A stretch of DNA of 59,501 nucleotides, the filler included, from Porpidia crustulata (Eukaryota): NCBI GenBank assembly GCA_964255105.1. It is 5 parts of 5 records of this genome, joined end to end, with 100 filler letters (N's around TTAATTAATTAA, not from the genome) between each part and the next. Parts side by side here need not be neighbours in the genome. Positions count along the whole stretch, not along the records: positions 1 to 11,834 come from CAXUWE010000593.1; positions 11,935 to 23,763 come from CAXUWE010000594.1; 3 more parts are not named here. The stretch is one strand, 5' to 3'. Below are positions 1 through 12,620 of the stretch, one piece after another; positions within the stretch are counted from its first letter, which is position 1; each line of letters opens with the position of its first letter. The position numbers and the translations under genes were made by a program. Under the pieces are notes generated by a model. It did not search any database and was not told where the DNA came from. It saw only the letters and a list, made by a program, of their open reading frames with translations.

Positions 1-2040
1 AGCTTGGAGGGCGATTCGGTTCTTGCTCTCCCAACATCTCTCTAGTAGTAATATCATGTCTTCTCTCTTCTTGATAGGTTTGAAAGCATATGAGGCAATT
101 GCTTTGGCAAGTTGGACCATTGTGAACCCTTGATAATTCGGCATTCCTTCTGGTAAGGGTTTAGTCGCAGCGACTTCAGGAGTGGGGTTGCTCTTGGCCT
201 TCTTGACTGGAGAGCGGCTTTTCCGAGGGGCTTTGAGTGATCCTTTATTTGCATATTCAGGCGCACGCAATTTAGTATTAGCCATGTGTTTCTCTACCAA
301 CGACGGAGCTCCGACAAGACATTCTCCGATGATAGACTTCACTGGGTCCATGGGGACCATCCACTCTATGTCGGCATCTATGGGAGTTGGAAAAACATTT
401 AATGACACTGATGCTGCAGGTAAGGCTGGATCCTCGATATTACGTATATGTTGAGGCAACGGGGAATCTACAAGGTTGACCACTTCAGCGTGAAGTAATG
501 AGCCAGTTGTATCCCTTGATGCAACTGACCAAAGATTCTTGGAAGCTACATAAGCGGTAACATTCGATATCGTAGTTGACGCTGAGAGCGTGCCCAAGGA
601 TTTCAAAGATTTTGGGCTATCGATGTTGGTATTGATTGTTGTCTCGGAAGCTTCCATTGCCTTCCGCAGGTCTTTGATAAACGTTGGAGAGTCTTCACCC
701 GCAAGCTGGCTGCAGGTGCCAAATACCAGGTCTTGATCCTGAGCTGTCTTTATGGCTGACTCAGGTGATAGAAGGATAGGCACTTTTTCACATGTTTTTT
801 TGGCTTTTTTGGTAGTAGCCTTTGAATTCGTGGCTTTCTTACGCTGTCCTTTCTTGCTTGATATCAAGCCTGTGAGGTCAGGTTCGGCATCTCCATTCTT
901 TGCCGGCGCTGAGGTAGGGAAGTACTGCGACACGGACGCGATATCTTGCGGCGCAGCAGAAGCAAACGGAGCTGTGGCTTTCTCGGTAATCGTTTGAGGC
1001 TTCTTCTTAGGTGAAATACTTTTTTTCGGTTTTGCGGGTTGAGGAGGTAGGCATATAGCTGTGTCGATGAGCTCTAATTTTCGTCTTTTTGTCAGGACTT
1101 CACTGACAGCAATTTGCATAGCTACAGGTGATGTGACCGAATCAGTGCTTGGCCTAAGAAATTCATACCCTCCTAGTAGGTTCGCGAATTGACCAGTAGG
1201 CAGCTCAGTCTTTAAAGGAGATTGGACTGTGTTTGATATATCAAAATCCGTCCCCCGACTCTCCAGCGGTTGCAGACTTGGCAGAGTGTCCTTGGTGGGC
1301 GTCCAGTCTCTTCTCCGTTTCACAGCTTCATCTAAGTTTAGAGGTTTCTTGCTTGCCTTAAAAACCTCTTTAACCCCCAAGTTTTCTCCCTTACTTGTCT
1401 CTTCGTCTTTTTTTAATTTCTGGGGCTTCGCCGTTTTAGTTGCCTTTGTCGCCTTCGACTTCTCACGCGCAGTCCCAGGCTTAGTGACCCTGGCTTTGGT
1501 AATCTTGGTCTGCCCTTCATCCCGATTCTTTCTGCCACGGCCCTTCTTCACTACTGAAATCTCAGCCGTCTCCGTGTGATCACACTTCTGAATCTCGTCA
1601 TCCCTGTTCGGTACATGCCTGGCTGATCCTCCCACTGCAACTTTCTTACGCGGTGCTCTGGGCTTTTTGGGCACTATGCCCTCACCCTCCTGCTTGGCCG
1701 CTGGCCTTTTTCGCTTAGCAGGTGGCTTATCGCAGTTTGATCGATCTCCGTTTACTGCAACCTCTATCTCCTTAGCAAGCGATGGCGATTGTGGTCGCTC
1801 ATCGATATCTGCGTGGCGTAAAAGACTTGATGCGCTTGTGAATTTCGCCACAGCTCCCTTGGGCACCTGACTTGCTCTACTGCCTTCGAACAAACAAGGG
1901 ATGATCTTCGGAAATAGCTGAGAAGGTGATGGCAATCCAGGCGAAGAGGACATTGCGGCATTTAAGGCGCGTGTTGGAGTCGTCGAGATGATAGAGTGCG
2001 AGGGCGATGACGAGAGAATGATTGGATCCATGGCTGCCAT
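1..2040 (-). CDS. SLX4: Structure-specific endonuclease scaffold subunit SLX4, 5' part (runs off the window start)
   Basis: Manual minus-strand translation from ATG at 2040 gives MAAMDPIILSSSP...MSSSPGLPSPSQLF...KKPQTITEKATAPFA...QDLVFGTCSQLAGEDSPTFIKDL...LWSVASRD, motifs typical of Pezizomycotina Slx4. It is absent from the ORF track, consistent with an open frame that leaves the window without a stop. Confidence 0.8.
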   Translation of the reverse strand, partial: MAAMDPIILSSSPSHSIISTTPTRALNAAMSSSPGLPSPSQLFPKIIPCLFEGSRASQVPKGAVAKFTSASSLLRHADIDERPQSPSLAKEIEVAVNGDRSNCDKPPAKRKRPAAKQEGEGIVPKKPRAPRKKVAVGGSARHVPNRDDEIQKCDHTETAEISVVKKGRGRKNRDEGQTKITKARVTKPGTAREKSKATKATKTAKPQKLKKDEETSKGENLGVKEVFKASKKPLNLDEAVKRRRDWTPTKDTLPSLQPLESRGTDFDISNTVQSPLKTELPTGQFANLLGGYEFLRPSTDSVTSPVAMQIAVSEVLTKRRKLELIDTAICLPPQPAKPKKSISPKKKPQTITEKATAPFASAAPQDIASVSQYFPTSAPAKNGDAEPDLTGLISSKKGQRKKATNSKATTKKAKKTCEKVPILLSPESAIKTAQDQDLVFGTCSQLAGEDSPTFIKDLRKAMEASETTINTNIDSPKSLKSLGTLSASTTISNVTAYVASKNLWSVASRDTTGSLLHAEVVNLVDSPLPQHIRNIEDPALPAASVSLNVFPTPIDADIEWMVPMDPVKSIIGECLVGAPSLVEKHMANTKLRAPEYANKGSLKAPRKSRSPVKKAKSNPTPEVAATKPLPEGMPNYQGFTMVQLAKAIASYAFKPIKKREDMILLLERCWESKNRIALQA

Positions 2041-2721
2041 GATGGTCGAGCGCAGAATGCGCGGTAGGTAGAAAAGGTACGACAGACTTGAGCTTCTGTA
2101 TCTCCAATTGCTGCTCCAGAGTCTGCGTAAATATCCTAGGACAAGTTATTGATTATGGTGATGCCGAGGTTGTTGCTATGCCGCATTGTTTACTACGCCG
2201 ACTCGTCTTCATACCTCATTTTCTCACCCTTTAATTCATATATAAACATATAGCACAGCCCAAAGACCACTACTCGCAGACTTGAAGTAAAACTATTGTA
2301 GAAAAAGCTTCATCCATGTGGTCGCAGCACAAGGATCAAAACAGTCCTTTCCTATCTAACGGACCGCGCAGGCATCACTGACGGTGTCAGGAGTCCCCAA
2401 CCAGCAAGCTAAGTAAAAGTAATTTGGATTTTTCTGTTTATATGTGATGTGGGAATACTCGGTTCCATCGATTTGTCTCTGTCCAAGACATCTTAAGGGT
2501 CTGTGATGAAAATCTGCAACTCAAGGCTAAGAGGATATGCTGTAATTGTGCAGATTGTCTGATTCCTCTACTTTAGTGTAGACAATCACCCATTCCATAT
2601 CATAAGTTTCATTCGCACAAGCTTCCCCCTAAGCTGTAAATGCAAAAGTATCGCCAAACGTAAACACCCAAAACCAACGTAAATGAAACCATGAGTCTAC
2701 GGACTCTTTTCCCTAGCGTCA

Positions 2722-5630
2722 TCAACCCCTATCGCCCGAGCCGGCGACAGTTTGAAAGCTAACTCTGTTTACAAACTTCTGCATTGCTCCGCTTTCGAGC
2801 CATTTGTTCAAATTTTTACACTGGCTGACATCAAACGAGGTAAGCTTGTGGCAGCCATCCACAATGGCCTCTACACCGACTCCAGTGACTCTGACGCAGC
2901 CTCTGACCGACAGTTCACGGAGTTCGAGTAGATGAAGACCGATACTTCGTAATGACGAATCTGATACAGCACTACCGCAGAAAGAAAGGTTCAAATTTCG
3001 TAGTTGTGGGCAACCAAGCGCCAAGACCTCGGTGGCAGTATCTGATAGAGCGCAGCAGAAGGACTGTAGTGGTGTTAGAGAGAAAAATTGAAGAGTATGG
3101 GAGTAGCCCTTACCAAGTCGAGATCCCGTAGCCCTTTAGCAGCGTTCGTCAGATATACAATAGCATTGTCTGTTAGGTATGTGCAGTCGGCCAAGCAGAG
3201 CTTGGTCAGTTTCGAGAATTGGAATTGGCCCCAATGCTGAAAACCCTGATCCGTTATAGTTGTACATCGCGTAAGGTCAATCTGCTCCAACCTTGATGCG
3301 GCATGATAAGCCATATGGGCCATTGACCGATCAGTTACATGCTTGCAGTATGACAGTGTAAGCCTTTTCAGCTTCGGGCATCCGAAGACCGTCCCCGGTG
3401 GCGGCTGTGGTGGCACTGGCGCACCAACGGATCTTGCAGCTGCATGACGACCGTGCAAATTTTGATGAGCGGTATTCCCGGGAGATCCCTGGACAATCCA
3501 GCCAACCACACGGGCCAGCAGATTGTCGCTGACCTTGCGGCAGTTGCTCAGATCAACTTCCTCGAGGCTCTTAGCTTTGTTTGCCATCTCCAAAACTGCC
3601 TGTGCTGTGATATCCCAAACGCTTTTCATTCTCCAAGATACCACGTTAGGGCCACACGTTGTTGCCAGCGCCGCAAAACCTTCATCTGTGATATGGAAAC
3701 AATTACTTAGGTCAATGACTCGTGGTCGAGACCCAACGAAAGGACATATTCGGTTTATAAGGACCTCGTCTGTAACAATGCGATTATACATTGCTAGGTT
3801 CAAAGTTTTTAATAGTTCAGACGAAGTTTTCAAGATCTTAGACCAATGTAGTGAGACTAGGCGTAGGCGCATTAGGTGGTGCAGTTCAAGATGCTTGAAG
3901 ATAGAGATTAGTATATTGTCTGGAAGTGAGCCTTGACTGAATTCACTCGGCCGACGTTGTAGAGTCTTTGGACGCTTGGATTTCCCTCGAAAGTTGGGGG
4001 TATTGAAGACCGGCTTTGCTTTTGAGGATAATGTAGTCCCTAATCGAGTGTTTGGTGAAGAAGAACGTCTCTCCTGAGCTTCTGTACCGTTGGGTTGCGA
4101 GACTTCCGGCGTTGGAGGTGCAAGGGATCCTCGTCGAGACCTCGAGCGGATGTTATCCAGATCTACATTTAAGAAAGGGTCCGGATCTGCAGGCTGTATG
4201 ATAGGCCGATCCTCAATACGGCTGGGTTTGTGAGGGCTCTCTGGCTTGGTACGTGTGAGTGTTACTTTGGGGATTGATTTCTTTCGTCCATGTTTGGGTG
4301 ACCGGTCTGCAATTGCAAGTTCGTCGATGGGCGGAGTGGAATCTCCCGCATCTGTCATGATAGTATCATTATCTGATTTTGACTGAAGTCGTTGCTTCGC
4401 GGTCATTTCGACTTGTTTTCTAAGAGATGGAGGACACCTCATCCAGAAATTCGCAAGCACATCGCCAGTTATCATCAGGCACTCAACGGACGTCACAGAT
4501 CGAACCGTAGCGGTGCGACGGGGTGCAAGCGAGAGACTAGCAACTTCTCCGAAGTACTGTCCAGATTTAAGGCGGGCTTTTACTTGTAGACCACGCTTCG
4601 AATTCCTTCCAGCTCCGTTGGAAAGGACTCGCAAATTTTGAGACGGTGCCTTCTCATCTATGACTTCGACTTCTCCACGAACAATGAAGAACACCTCGCG
4701 GCCTTGCGAATCCTGCTGTATGATGTCTGTAAATGGCGGATAATTACATGGCTGGGCGTTCAATCCAAGGAAGTGCAGAATATCATTCGGTAGACCGGAG
4801 AAAAGAGGAAGTTCCCTGAGCAATTGCCTCACGTTTACTAGCCCATCACCTAAAGCACTAGACGCCGCAGCTTCGACTAAACCGGGGGAAGGCGACTTGC
4901 GCTTTTTGTTGATCTGTGGTGCGTTTGAGTATGTTCCATTGCCATCTGCCATTACAATGTCGCCATCTTCACCATCCTCTCCATCCCGAGCTCTTTTACC
5001 ACGGCCCGTTGCTACCGAGCCCCCAGTTTGACTTGAGGCTAGCTTTTCTCGCTTCTTCCTCTGCAGTATTGACAACCTTTCCGAAGCTTCATCCCTGATA
5101 GCTCGTTCGACGTCCGGGAATCGAGGGAGCTCTTTGGTAAGATCCTCCTTTTTTAGAACTACGAGCATACACCTTGTCCGTGCAATAATGGTGGCAGTTC
5201 GAGGAATGTCCATTAAAATTCCTATCTCTCCAAAGAACGCTCCAGGCTTCAACTCAGCATATGTGCTCTCTCCATCTCGTGAAGTCACAGCGACTGCACC
5301 ACGAACTAACCAATACATGGCTTTGGCATCGTCGCCCTCGGTCAGAATATAGTCGTGTGCAACATGCAGTTGAGGCCGTAAGTGTTTCCCGATGGCGGCG
5401 AGGAAAGTGTCCGGAGCGGAGAGGAAGAGCGGGAAGTTTCTGATGCGGTCAAGCATATCCAAGGGCATGCCATGTATAGTAGACGCTGTCAATGGTGATG
5501 GCCGGATTGGCCTTGAGGGGTTTGTCGCTGAGTCGAATGTTCTGATCAATGACAAGGCATCTGGGATTGGAGCTGCGTTTGCCTTGGTGGCAAACGCGGT
5601 GGACCCAGCGCTGGACCTATGGCGCCGCAT
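2722..5630 (-). CDS. Cyclic-nucleotide-binding (2x CNB) F-box / leucine-rich-repeat protein; exons 5630-3114 and 3063-2722
   Basis: Two CNB domains (FFGEIGIL..PRTATI; YFGEVASL..RRTATV), an F-box (LPDNILISIFKHL...LRLVSLHWSKI) and cysteine-containing LRRs (LSNCFHITD, LSYCKHVTD, LTRCTTITD). A 50-nt GTAAGG..CAG intron (3113-3064) joins the two ORFs in frame. Confidence 0.9.
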
Positions 5631-8211
5631 GGTTGAACAGTGACTAGAAACAGAAAAACGTGGGAGGTCAAAGCTGCCTAAAAGTAAACGGGAGACTACC
5701 GATAACTCGGTAGCATCTCTTGGAATATGCGCATCAACGGCCTTTCCCTTTATTATAATCTCGGATAGTTTGCTTGGAGATATCAAACAGCGTTCGCGTT
5801 AGCGAGCGAAAATTTTTTATCAACTCGCAAACGCTATAAGGCTTGAAGCACCATTAGCTTCTTCCTCGTATATTCATCCAGCTATGGTACGTGCCTTCCA
5901 TATATTCCACGTCTATATTCCATAAGTCACAGGACGTGTTATTAACTGTGGGACCCTGTGTCCACTCTTGAGTTCCGGGGACAGAGAAGTCCCCGAAGTG
6001 GAGCTGGCTAAACACACAACGATAATTTGTCTTGTAGGCGCGCGATTGAGAGGTCAGGTTGTAGGAGAGCTAGTGGCCACTTTATCCTGCACGACAGGAA
6101 ATCTGTCATGCACGAGAAGACGCAAGAAGCTGCGGAAGCTTTTTAGGCCAGCCCTGAAGGCAGCGCATTGTTTCTTCGTGGGTAAGTTTCAAGTGATCCG
6201 TTGCGACAGTGGGCTCGGTAGCCGGGTAGATAACGGATGACGATGAAACAGGACCTAAAGTGCGTAGAGTGCCTAGAATTGAGATTAGATAGAGGAAGAT
6301 CGTCAACTGATAATTCAGCCGCTTAATGGGAGACAGGGAGGCTGAAGAACGGCCGTGCCCCGAATGTGAGACAACTTTCTGAGTATTCGAGTGTAGTTTT
6401 GCCTACTATGTACACGTCTGTCGGCAGTCGCTGCAGATCAGAAGCTGCTAGGCATGACGGACTTGACAGCCCCCCATTTGTCGATCCTGTGGGGTCAAGG
6501 TATCTAGGTGCGAGTGGGTGCTAGCCAAGAAGACAGTCTGAGCCAACCAAACCGAGCGGAGCCTGCGAGCTATGATTGGCGCATATATACGAACCATATT
6601 GCGTGACATGACTACCTCTGGTAACATGGTGCATGGGTATTTTGGCAATAAATGCCAACAATTGTCGATAATCAACACACCAGCCTTGCCATGGTCGGCC
6701 TGTCAATACTGCCTGCCTGCCCTCAGACCTTGCGAATTTTCGATTGTCACCATGAGCAAGAGCTTGTGTAGGCTCTCTTGTGCCTCTTTATACTGACACG
6801 GCCCGGGTAGTAATGCTATTCGAAGGCCAATTGGACTCATTCGGTAAGAATCAATTTTGAGGAACGCAATGTACGAGAATAGCCAGTGACGGTGGAAGTA
6901 TTTATGGTTTGCGGAAATTTGGCATTTACTAACCAAGCGCTTCCTTCCTACCTTTCGTCACAGCAATGCTTCAATTTCTATATACCAAGAAAATGCGGAA
7001 TACGTAGCCTGATCTCGGGTTTTGAAGTGAATTGGTCGAGACGTTTAATGATAACTTAAGAATTTTCTAAATAATCTAACTTCTAATAAGACCGCTGAGA
7101 ACCTTTCTTAAGGCACATAGACCTTCAGGTGTCTGTGGCGGTATGCAATGGTGTAAGATAGCCTCTGAACATCAACGGGGACTTCCTAAAAAGCCGGTGC
7201 ATTATTAGAGCTAATTAGTCTTATGTGACTTGTCTGCATGTTATCAGAGGGATCTTGTCCGAGCTGGTCTTATCAATGGAAGTTTGCACTTCACAAAACA
7301 GAGACTGTCCGAAAAACATCCTCTCTGCCGTAAATCTGGGGAAGGACGTCTATTACAAATTCGATCATGCTATTTCGCTTCGATGGAGGGAGTCTCTACA
7401 CTAGATCCGATAGGCAATTTACTTATAGAGCATTCTTTTAGGACGAAGTCAAGGTCCATCTCATCGTCACTCCCAAAGATCCAGGTCCTGTGTAGCTCAA
7501 GCGTTCACTATATTCTTTCCAATAAGACCAGATTGCACTCGTGGATTACTCTTCTATGCGTCAGGTAGGACGAATCCTAGCCCTTCCTCTAATTCAGCTG
7601 CAAGTAGCGCTTAATCGGCCGTCTCCCTCCCAGACATGGCATCACTGGCCGGTTATTCCACCTATATTTCAGGAGAGCACTAAGCCTAACTGGCTCACTG
7701 TATACAGAGACCAGGAGACAGCAATCTTAGCCTCACATTTACACAGAGCAAGGTTTGTGTGAGGGCTTTGGTCTTTCTAGATTTGGCTAATGTATTCCAT
7801 ATTCTCAAGATCCGAACAGCTCGAATGCGTCACTCCAGCGTGGTTTTCACGCGAAACCTGCCATGTCCACATCACTTGATCTAGCACTGCCTAGTCTGCC
7901 ATGAGGAGGATCTGACTCCAGGACCAACGCGAGAAACGACATTACGCAGAAAAGTTATTGCGAGCTGGAATACATGGATCGCCATGCAATATGGCTACTT
8001 AAGATAGCAAGATGGACGAAATAGCACGATTATGTAAATATGTGATAGATTGCGGGTAAGTAGCATGGGGTGAATGAAAATACGGCAGAGACCTTGGAGC
8101 AGTTTTGTATGTGCGTGGCAGCCTCTTCGGTAAGAAAGTGGCTGTTGGACTACTCGAGCTGAAATAATAAACCTCGGACTAGGTAAATAATGTCCGTGGT
8201 CCCAGTATCGC

Positions 8212-8945
8212 TCAACTCAAGCCTCTCAACGCCATGAGCCCTAATATATTGACTTCGAGCTCCTTCTTCTGAGCCTCTTCGCTCATGGATCCCCTTTCCT
8301 TCGTCGTTTTCCCTAGTCTCTGAGGTTGTGCATTAAGTTTGTAGAATTTTCTCACCCTTGCCATATCAGTGAGTTCTCTCAGCGCACCATCCGAAAATTC
8401 GATCGCACTTCCCTCGACAATACTCTGAAGGTGCTGCTGCACGCTTTGATTGGTGATCTCATGCGATGTAGACAACTTGATAACAAGAAGTTCTGATGTT
8501 GTATCGGTAATGCCGAATCTACGAAACGATTCTGCAATCTATGGTAGAGTCAAAAATTAGGCAGATTTTAGTCGTGCAAGAACAACTTCGGAAAACCAGC
8601 ACGTAATCTTACATTATTGTTTGGACTCAACGAGAAGACAATCTCTGAGTGAACATTCCGCGATTTGAGACACTTCTGAGTGAAGTCACTTGCAGCCCTG
8701 AATACAGCTGCGAGGATATGTGTAGTTGATATGATCTAGAGAGAAAATTAGCACAAACATATTCAATATCTATTTCCTATACTTACTACACTGGCATTTA
8801 TAAAGGCATACTCATACTCGCTATTACCATCAAGAAGCTGCTGACGAAGAAAAGGGGCATTTTTGAGATCTTGATACAGTGCAATGTGGACTAGGAGGTC
8901 TGGGGGCAAATGAGCCAACTGAAAAGTTTGGATATTTACGATCAT
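8212..8945 (-). CDS. CGI121: EKC/KEOPS complex subunit CGI121; exons 8945-8787, 8735-8613, 8538-8212
   Basis: The spliced product reads [22 protein letters not shown]...[29 protein letters not shown]...ILGLMALRG, the CGI121/TPRKB signature. Both introns are canonical GT-AG. Confidence 0.92.
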
Positions 8946-9324
8946 TTGGGATGATTCAATTGCAGTTGCAATCTACTGTTCCGCACAGCCAACAATGATC
9001 AACGTCGTTTGGAGCCGTATCACACAACCCCTAAACCTCTATATAGTACATGTATGAGGTGTGAGGTGACCATAGTAGGCGCCACAGCCGCAGTACGGTG
9101 ACCGTGCCAGTAGGCGAGCGCAACACCATCAGCCCAAAGGGTGAATGACAGGTAGAGGTATCTAATCGTCTGGTCGCGGTTCATGACACGAATTCTTTAT
9201 GGCTAGCCAGATGTTACAGCTACACAGATACCGGCGTTACCAGGAGTGCATCCTACCGACCGGCCATCAAATCAATCCCCAGAGTCCCTGATACTAGAGT
9301 ACCCGTCGGCAAGCTCCTCGGAAG

Positions 9325-11834
9325 ATGCCTATCAAACGGCAAGCCCCGGCCACCGGCCAGCCTCTGAATAGCATCAAACCGTCCAAAATCAAAGGGGACA
9401 GTTCGACGGCAGACTACAGCAACGATGTTAAGAAGAAGCTTTCGGCGTCGAACCGTACGGGGCAGGCATGTGATCGATGCAGGGTAAGCGGCTGTGATTG
9501 CTGTGGTCAATTTTCGATATCGTATACTCACAACGTTATAGATTCGTAAGATGCGCTGCGATGACCTTCCTGAGGGCTGTTCACCCTGTATGCAAAACCA
9601 ATCGCCGTGTAGGACTACCGATCGAATCACGGGTGTTGCGACTACTCGAGGATACGTGCAAAGCCTTGAGCGACGTGTTCATGAATTGGATGCCCACAAT
9701 CGTGAGCTTCAGACCCGTCTGATGTCAATGGGAGCAGATATAAAGCCTTCTGGTACACTGCTTGACTCCGCTGCTGCACCTCTAGCACAATGGAATCAAG
9801 TCCAGAGCAATGGCAAAAACCATCAGCGTTGGGGAAGCAATAGCCACCTCAACAATCCAACGGAAAGCGGCGCAGCACAGTATGGCGCTATGCCACACGA
9901 AGCTTCTTCTACGCCTGAGTCTGATCCAAACCCATTCCGCCTGCCGGAATTTCGTGGCGGCCTTACCGGAGACAATTATTTAGGTGTATCGTCGGGCAAC
10001 TCCTTTCTAAGTTCTATCCGTGGAACTGCGCTCAACGTACTAGGAATGGAGATAGACCTTGCAGACTATATGTCCGCTGATCTTGATGACCCGGACCCAT
10101 CAATACCACAGGATGAGCCTATCTATAACAAGTCCTACCACGCCTTCGTCCGTACAGCCTATGGAGCGAATCCTAAGCCACGAGCACCCGCATTGCCGCC
10201 CAGGGAGGATGGCATTAAGTACGCTCAATGGTACTTCAAAGTTATAAACCCGTACCTACCGTTCTTGCATAAGCCATCGTTCATGTCAATGGTAAGCTCA
10301 TGATCCAAAGTCCAGTCATACGATGAAAGAGATCATCGTTACTAACCTTTCATAGCTAAAACGATATTACGATCCGAAAGATCAGTACAAACCGTCTGCA
10401 GCGGATACTGTCTTGGTCCACATGATGTTCGCTATCATGTTCTATCAGACCGCAGCCCGGAATTGGGACTATGCTAAACAACAGACCGAGCTGAATGATT
10501 CATCGAATCTCCATTATCACTACGCTTTAGCGCATTTTCCTCAGCTTATGGCCAGTCATTCTATGCATGATGTTCAAGCATTGAGTATGATATCTTTGCA
10601 CCTTCGAAGTTTTCCAAAACCTGGTGCCTGCTGGATAATGACAACAACTACCTTCAATTTGGCTATTGAGCTGGGACTGCATAGATCGGCCAGGAGGTGG
10701 GCACCTACGACACCTAAGAGAAGCGTTCTAGAAATTGAGATGCGCAAGCGTATCTTTTGGTCGATACTTGTCATCCATATCATCATCTCCGGTAAGCTTG
10801 GACGTCCCATGGCTATTGGTGTCGACGACTACGACGTTGAGCTCCCCGAGGCAATCGACGACGAGCTGCTGAGCGAGAATGGAATCGATACGTCAAGGCC
10901 CGGGAAGTGTAGTTTCCTTGTTGGAATCGAGGTCTTCAAGATCGAGCCAATCTTCATGGACTTGTATAACAATGTGTACGCCGTGAAGAGATCGCCGCAT
11001 TCATATCGCCAGACCGTCTTACGATTGGAGAATCGAATACGTCAGTGCTGTGACCAGTGGCCCCGCGAGCTGATCTCACGTTCAGCCTCCAACAACGAGG
11101 AAGGTCGAGTACATGCTCAGTATATGATGGTCTGGGAGCTTGAATTTCGTCTACTACTCCGTCATCCGTCTTTGTCCCTCACTGCAGACCCCGAGTTCAA
11201 CAACGAGAACCTCGATGTGTGCATGGATGTTTCCAAAAAGATGCTGCAGCACGTCAAAAAAATCCAAGCTTTTAGAAGTCTAGATACCAACTGGCAAACC
11301 GGAGCACTGTACGTCCTCGCGATCTCAACAACTTTGTTTGGCTATTGGGAGCGTAGAGACCAGATTACTTCTGCGGACTTCCTCGCATTGAAGGCTGACA
11401 TGAAGTCTTGGTTGAGTATCATGGGTGATCTTGGTAGGCTGATAGGTACATGGAACCCCTTCCCTACCGCTATCACGATAGGTAATGACAGCGTTGCAGG
11501 TTCTGGCAGTCGCCTCCAGGAGTCGGTCCGTGTTACCGTCGACAATACAATGGACAATATTTCGCAACATCTTGCATCTAAGACCGCATCTTCCGCGCTC
11601 TCTACCAGCGAACATAGAACTTCTCCTCGCATCTCCCCAAACCAACCCCTCGCCTCCAGCTTGGAGACCTACAACCACCAGAACACCTACGCAACCTACA
11701 CGGAGCCAGTAGATCCCATAGCCCCCACGAACCCCCTTGTCGACGCCAACCATCCCCAAACAACATACAACACCTCGGCTGACCCCAGCATGGGACCTCA
11801 GTCCTCGGACGCCTACCCCAACTCCCAACAATAC
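9325..11834 (+). CDS. Zn(II)2Cys6 transcription factor with fungal-specific TF domain; exons 9325-9483, 9542-10291, 10356-11445, 11500-11834 (3' end cut by contig end)
   Basis: The zinc cluster ACDRCR|IRKMRCDDLPEGCSPCMQNQSPC spans intron 1. The middle homology region (AIELGLHR, EMRKRIFWS, LGRP) is present, and splice sites are canonical and frame-restoring. Confidence 0.9.
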
Positions 11835-11934
11835 NNNNNNNNNNNNNNNNNNNNNNNNNNNNNNNNNNNNNNNNNNNNTTAATTAATTAANNNNNNNNNN
11901 NNNNNNNNNNNNNNNNNNNNNNNNNNNNNNNNNN
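11835..11934. other. Artificial contig spacer (44 N + TTAATTAATTAA + 44 N)
   Basis: Exactly 100 nt. The palindromic 12-mer puts TAA stops in all six frames. Four identical copies occur in the window. Confidence 0.98.
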
Positions 11935-12620
11935 CCCTCCTCCCCCTCTCCAAATTTCTTCATCCCCCCCCTCTCACTTCAAATCCCGATCAGCTGGCAC
12001 ACAGCGCTGTTAGTGAGATCGGGTTTTTTGGTATATAAATGCGGAAGCGATCGTCCATACGGCCTCTTTCATTACTCGCCTATCCTCGCTAAATATTTCG
12101 ATTTTGGAATTTTGAAATTTTGCAGAACAAAGTTGGATGATATTAATAGTCAGCGATAGTGGACATGCAACTCGGCGGTTCGCGGTTCGCGGTTGGCGCC
12201 TACATATATTACAAACGCTCATTTAGACTGCTGGCCTACCTCCTACTCAAGTGAAACGTCTGTACGGAGTAGTGGAGCTAGGAGACTGACTGGGGGTGTT
12301 TATTCATGCAAGGAAATGATGAGGGGAAACGTTGAACGTACGCGGAAAGCAGTTTCCTCGATAAAAAAGATGGAAGCCCGGAATTTCCCTTTGTACATCC
12401 ACATTGATACAGGCCTTGCAATCAACAACGAAAACCCCATACTTGTGCGCGTTGAGCAGCACTTGTATCGATACTACAGCGTAACGAACCCTGAATCTAC
12501 ATTGCTCCACAGCCAACAACCCATTTTCTGCCGCCGCTGCAAACAAAAAGCCTGCCGGGTTCCCCCAATCATGCTGATACCCATCAGAACGCCACGCTAT
12601 GCCTTGTTTCCCTCAATCCT

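Noticed and set aside
5631..5786. 52-codon N-terminal extension of the CNB/F-box ORF
   Set aside because: It starts at TTG; the first in-frame ATG at 5630 is the more plausible eukaryotic start.
5900..8200. Short ORFs between the F-box gene and CGI121
   Set aside because: No recognisable motifs, no consistent exon chain and mostly non-ATG starts; treated as intergenic.
11879..11890. Recurrent TTAATTAATTAA palindrome at ~11.9-kb spacing, read as a biological repeat or transposon TTAA target site
   Set aside because: It is always centred in exactly 88 Ns and is a six-frame-stop linker inserted by the assembly pipeline.
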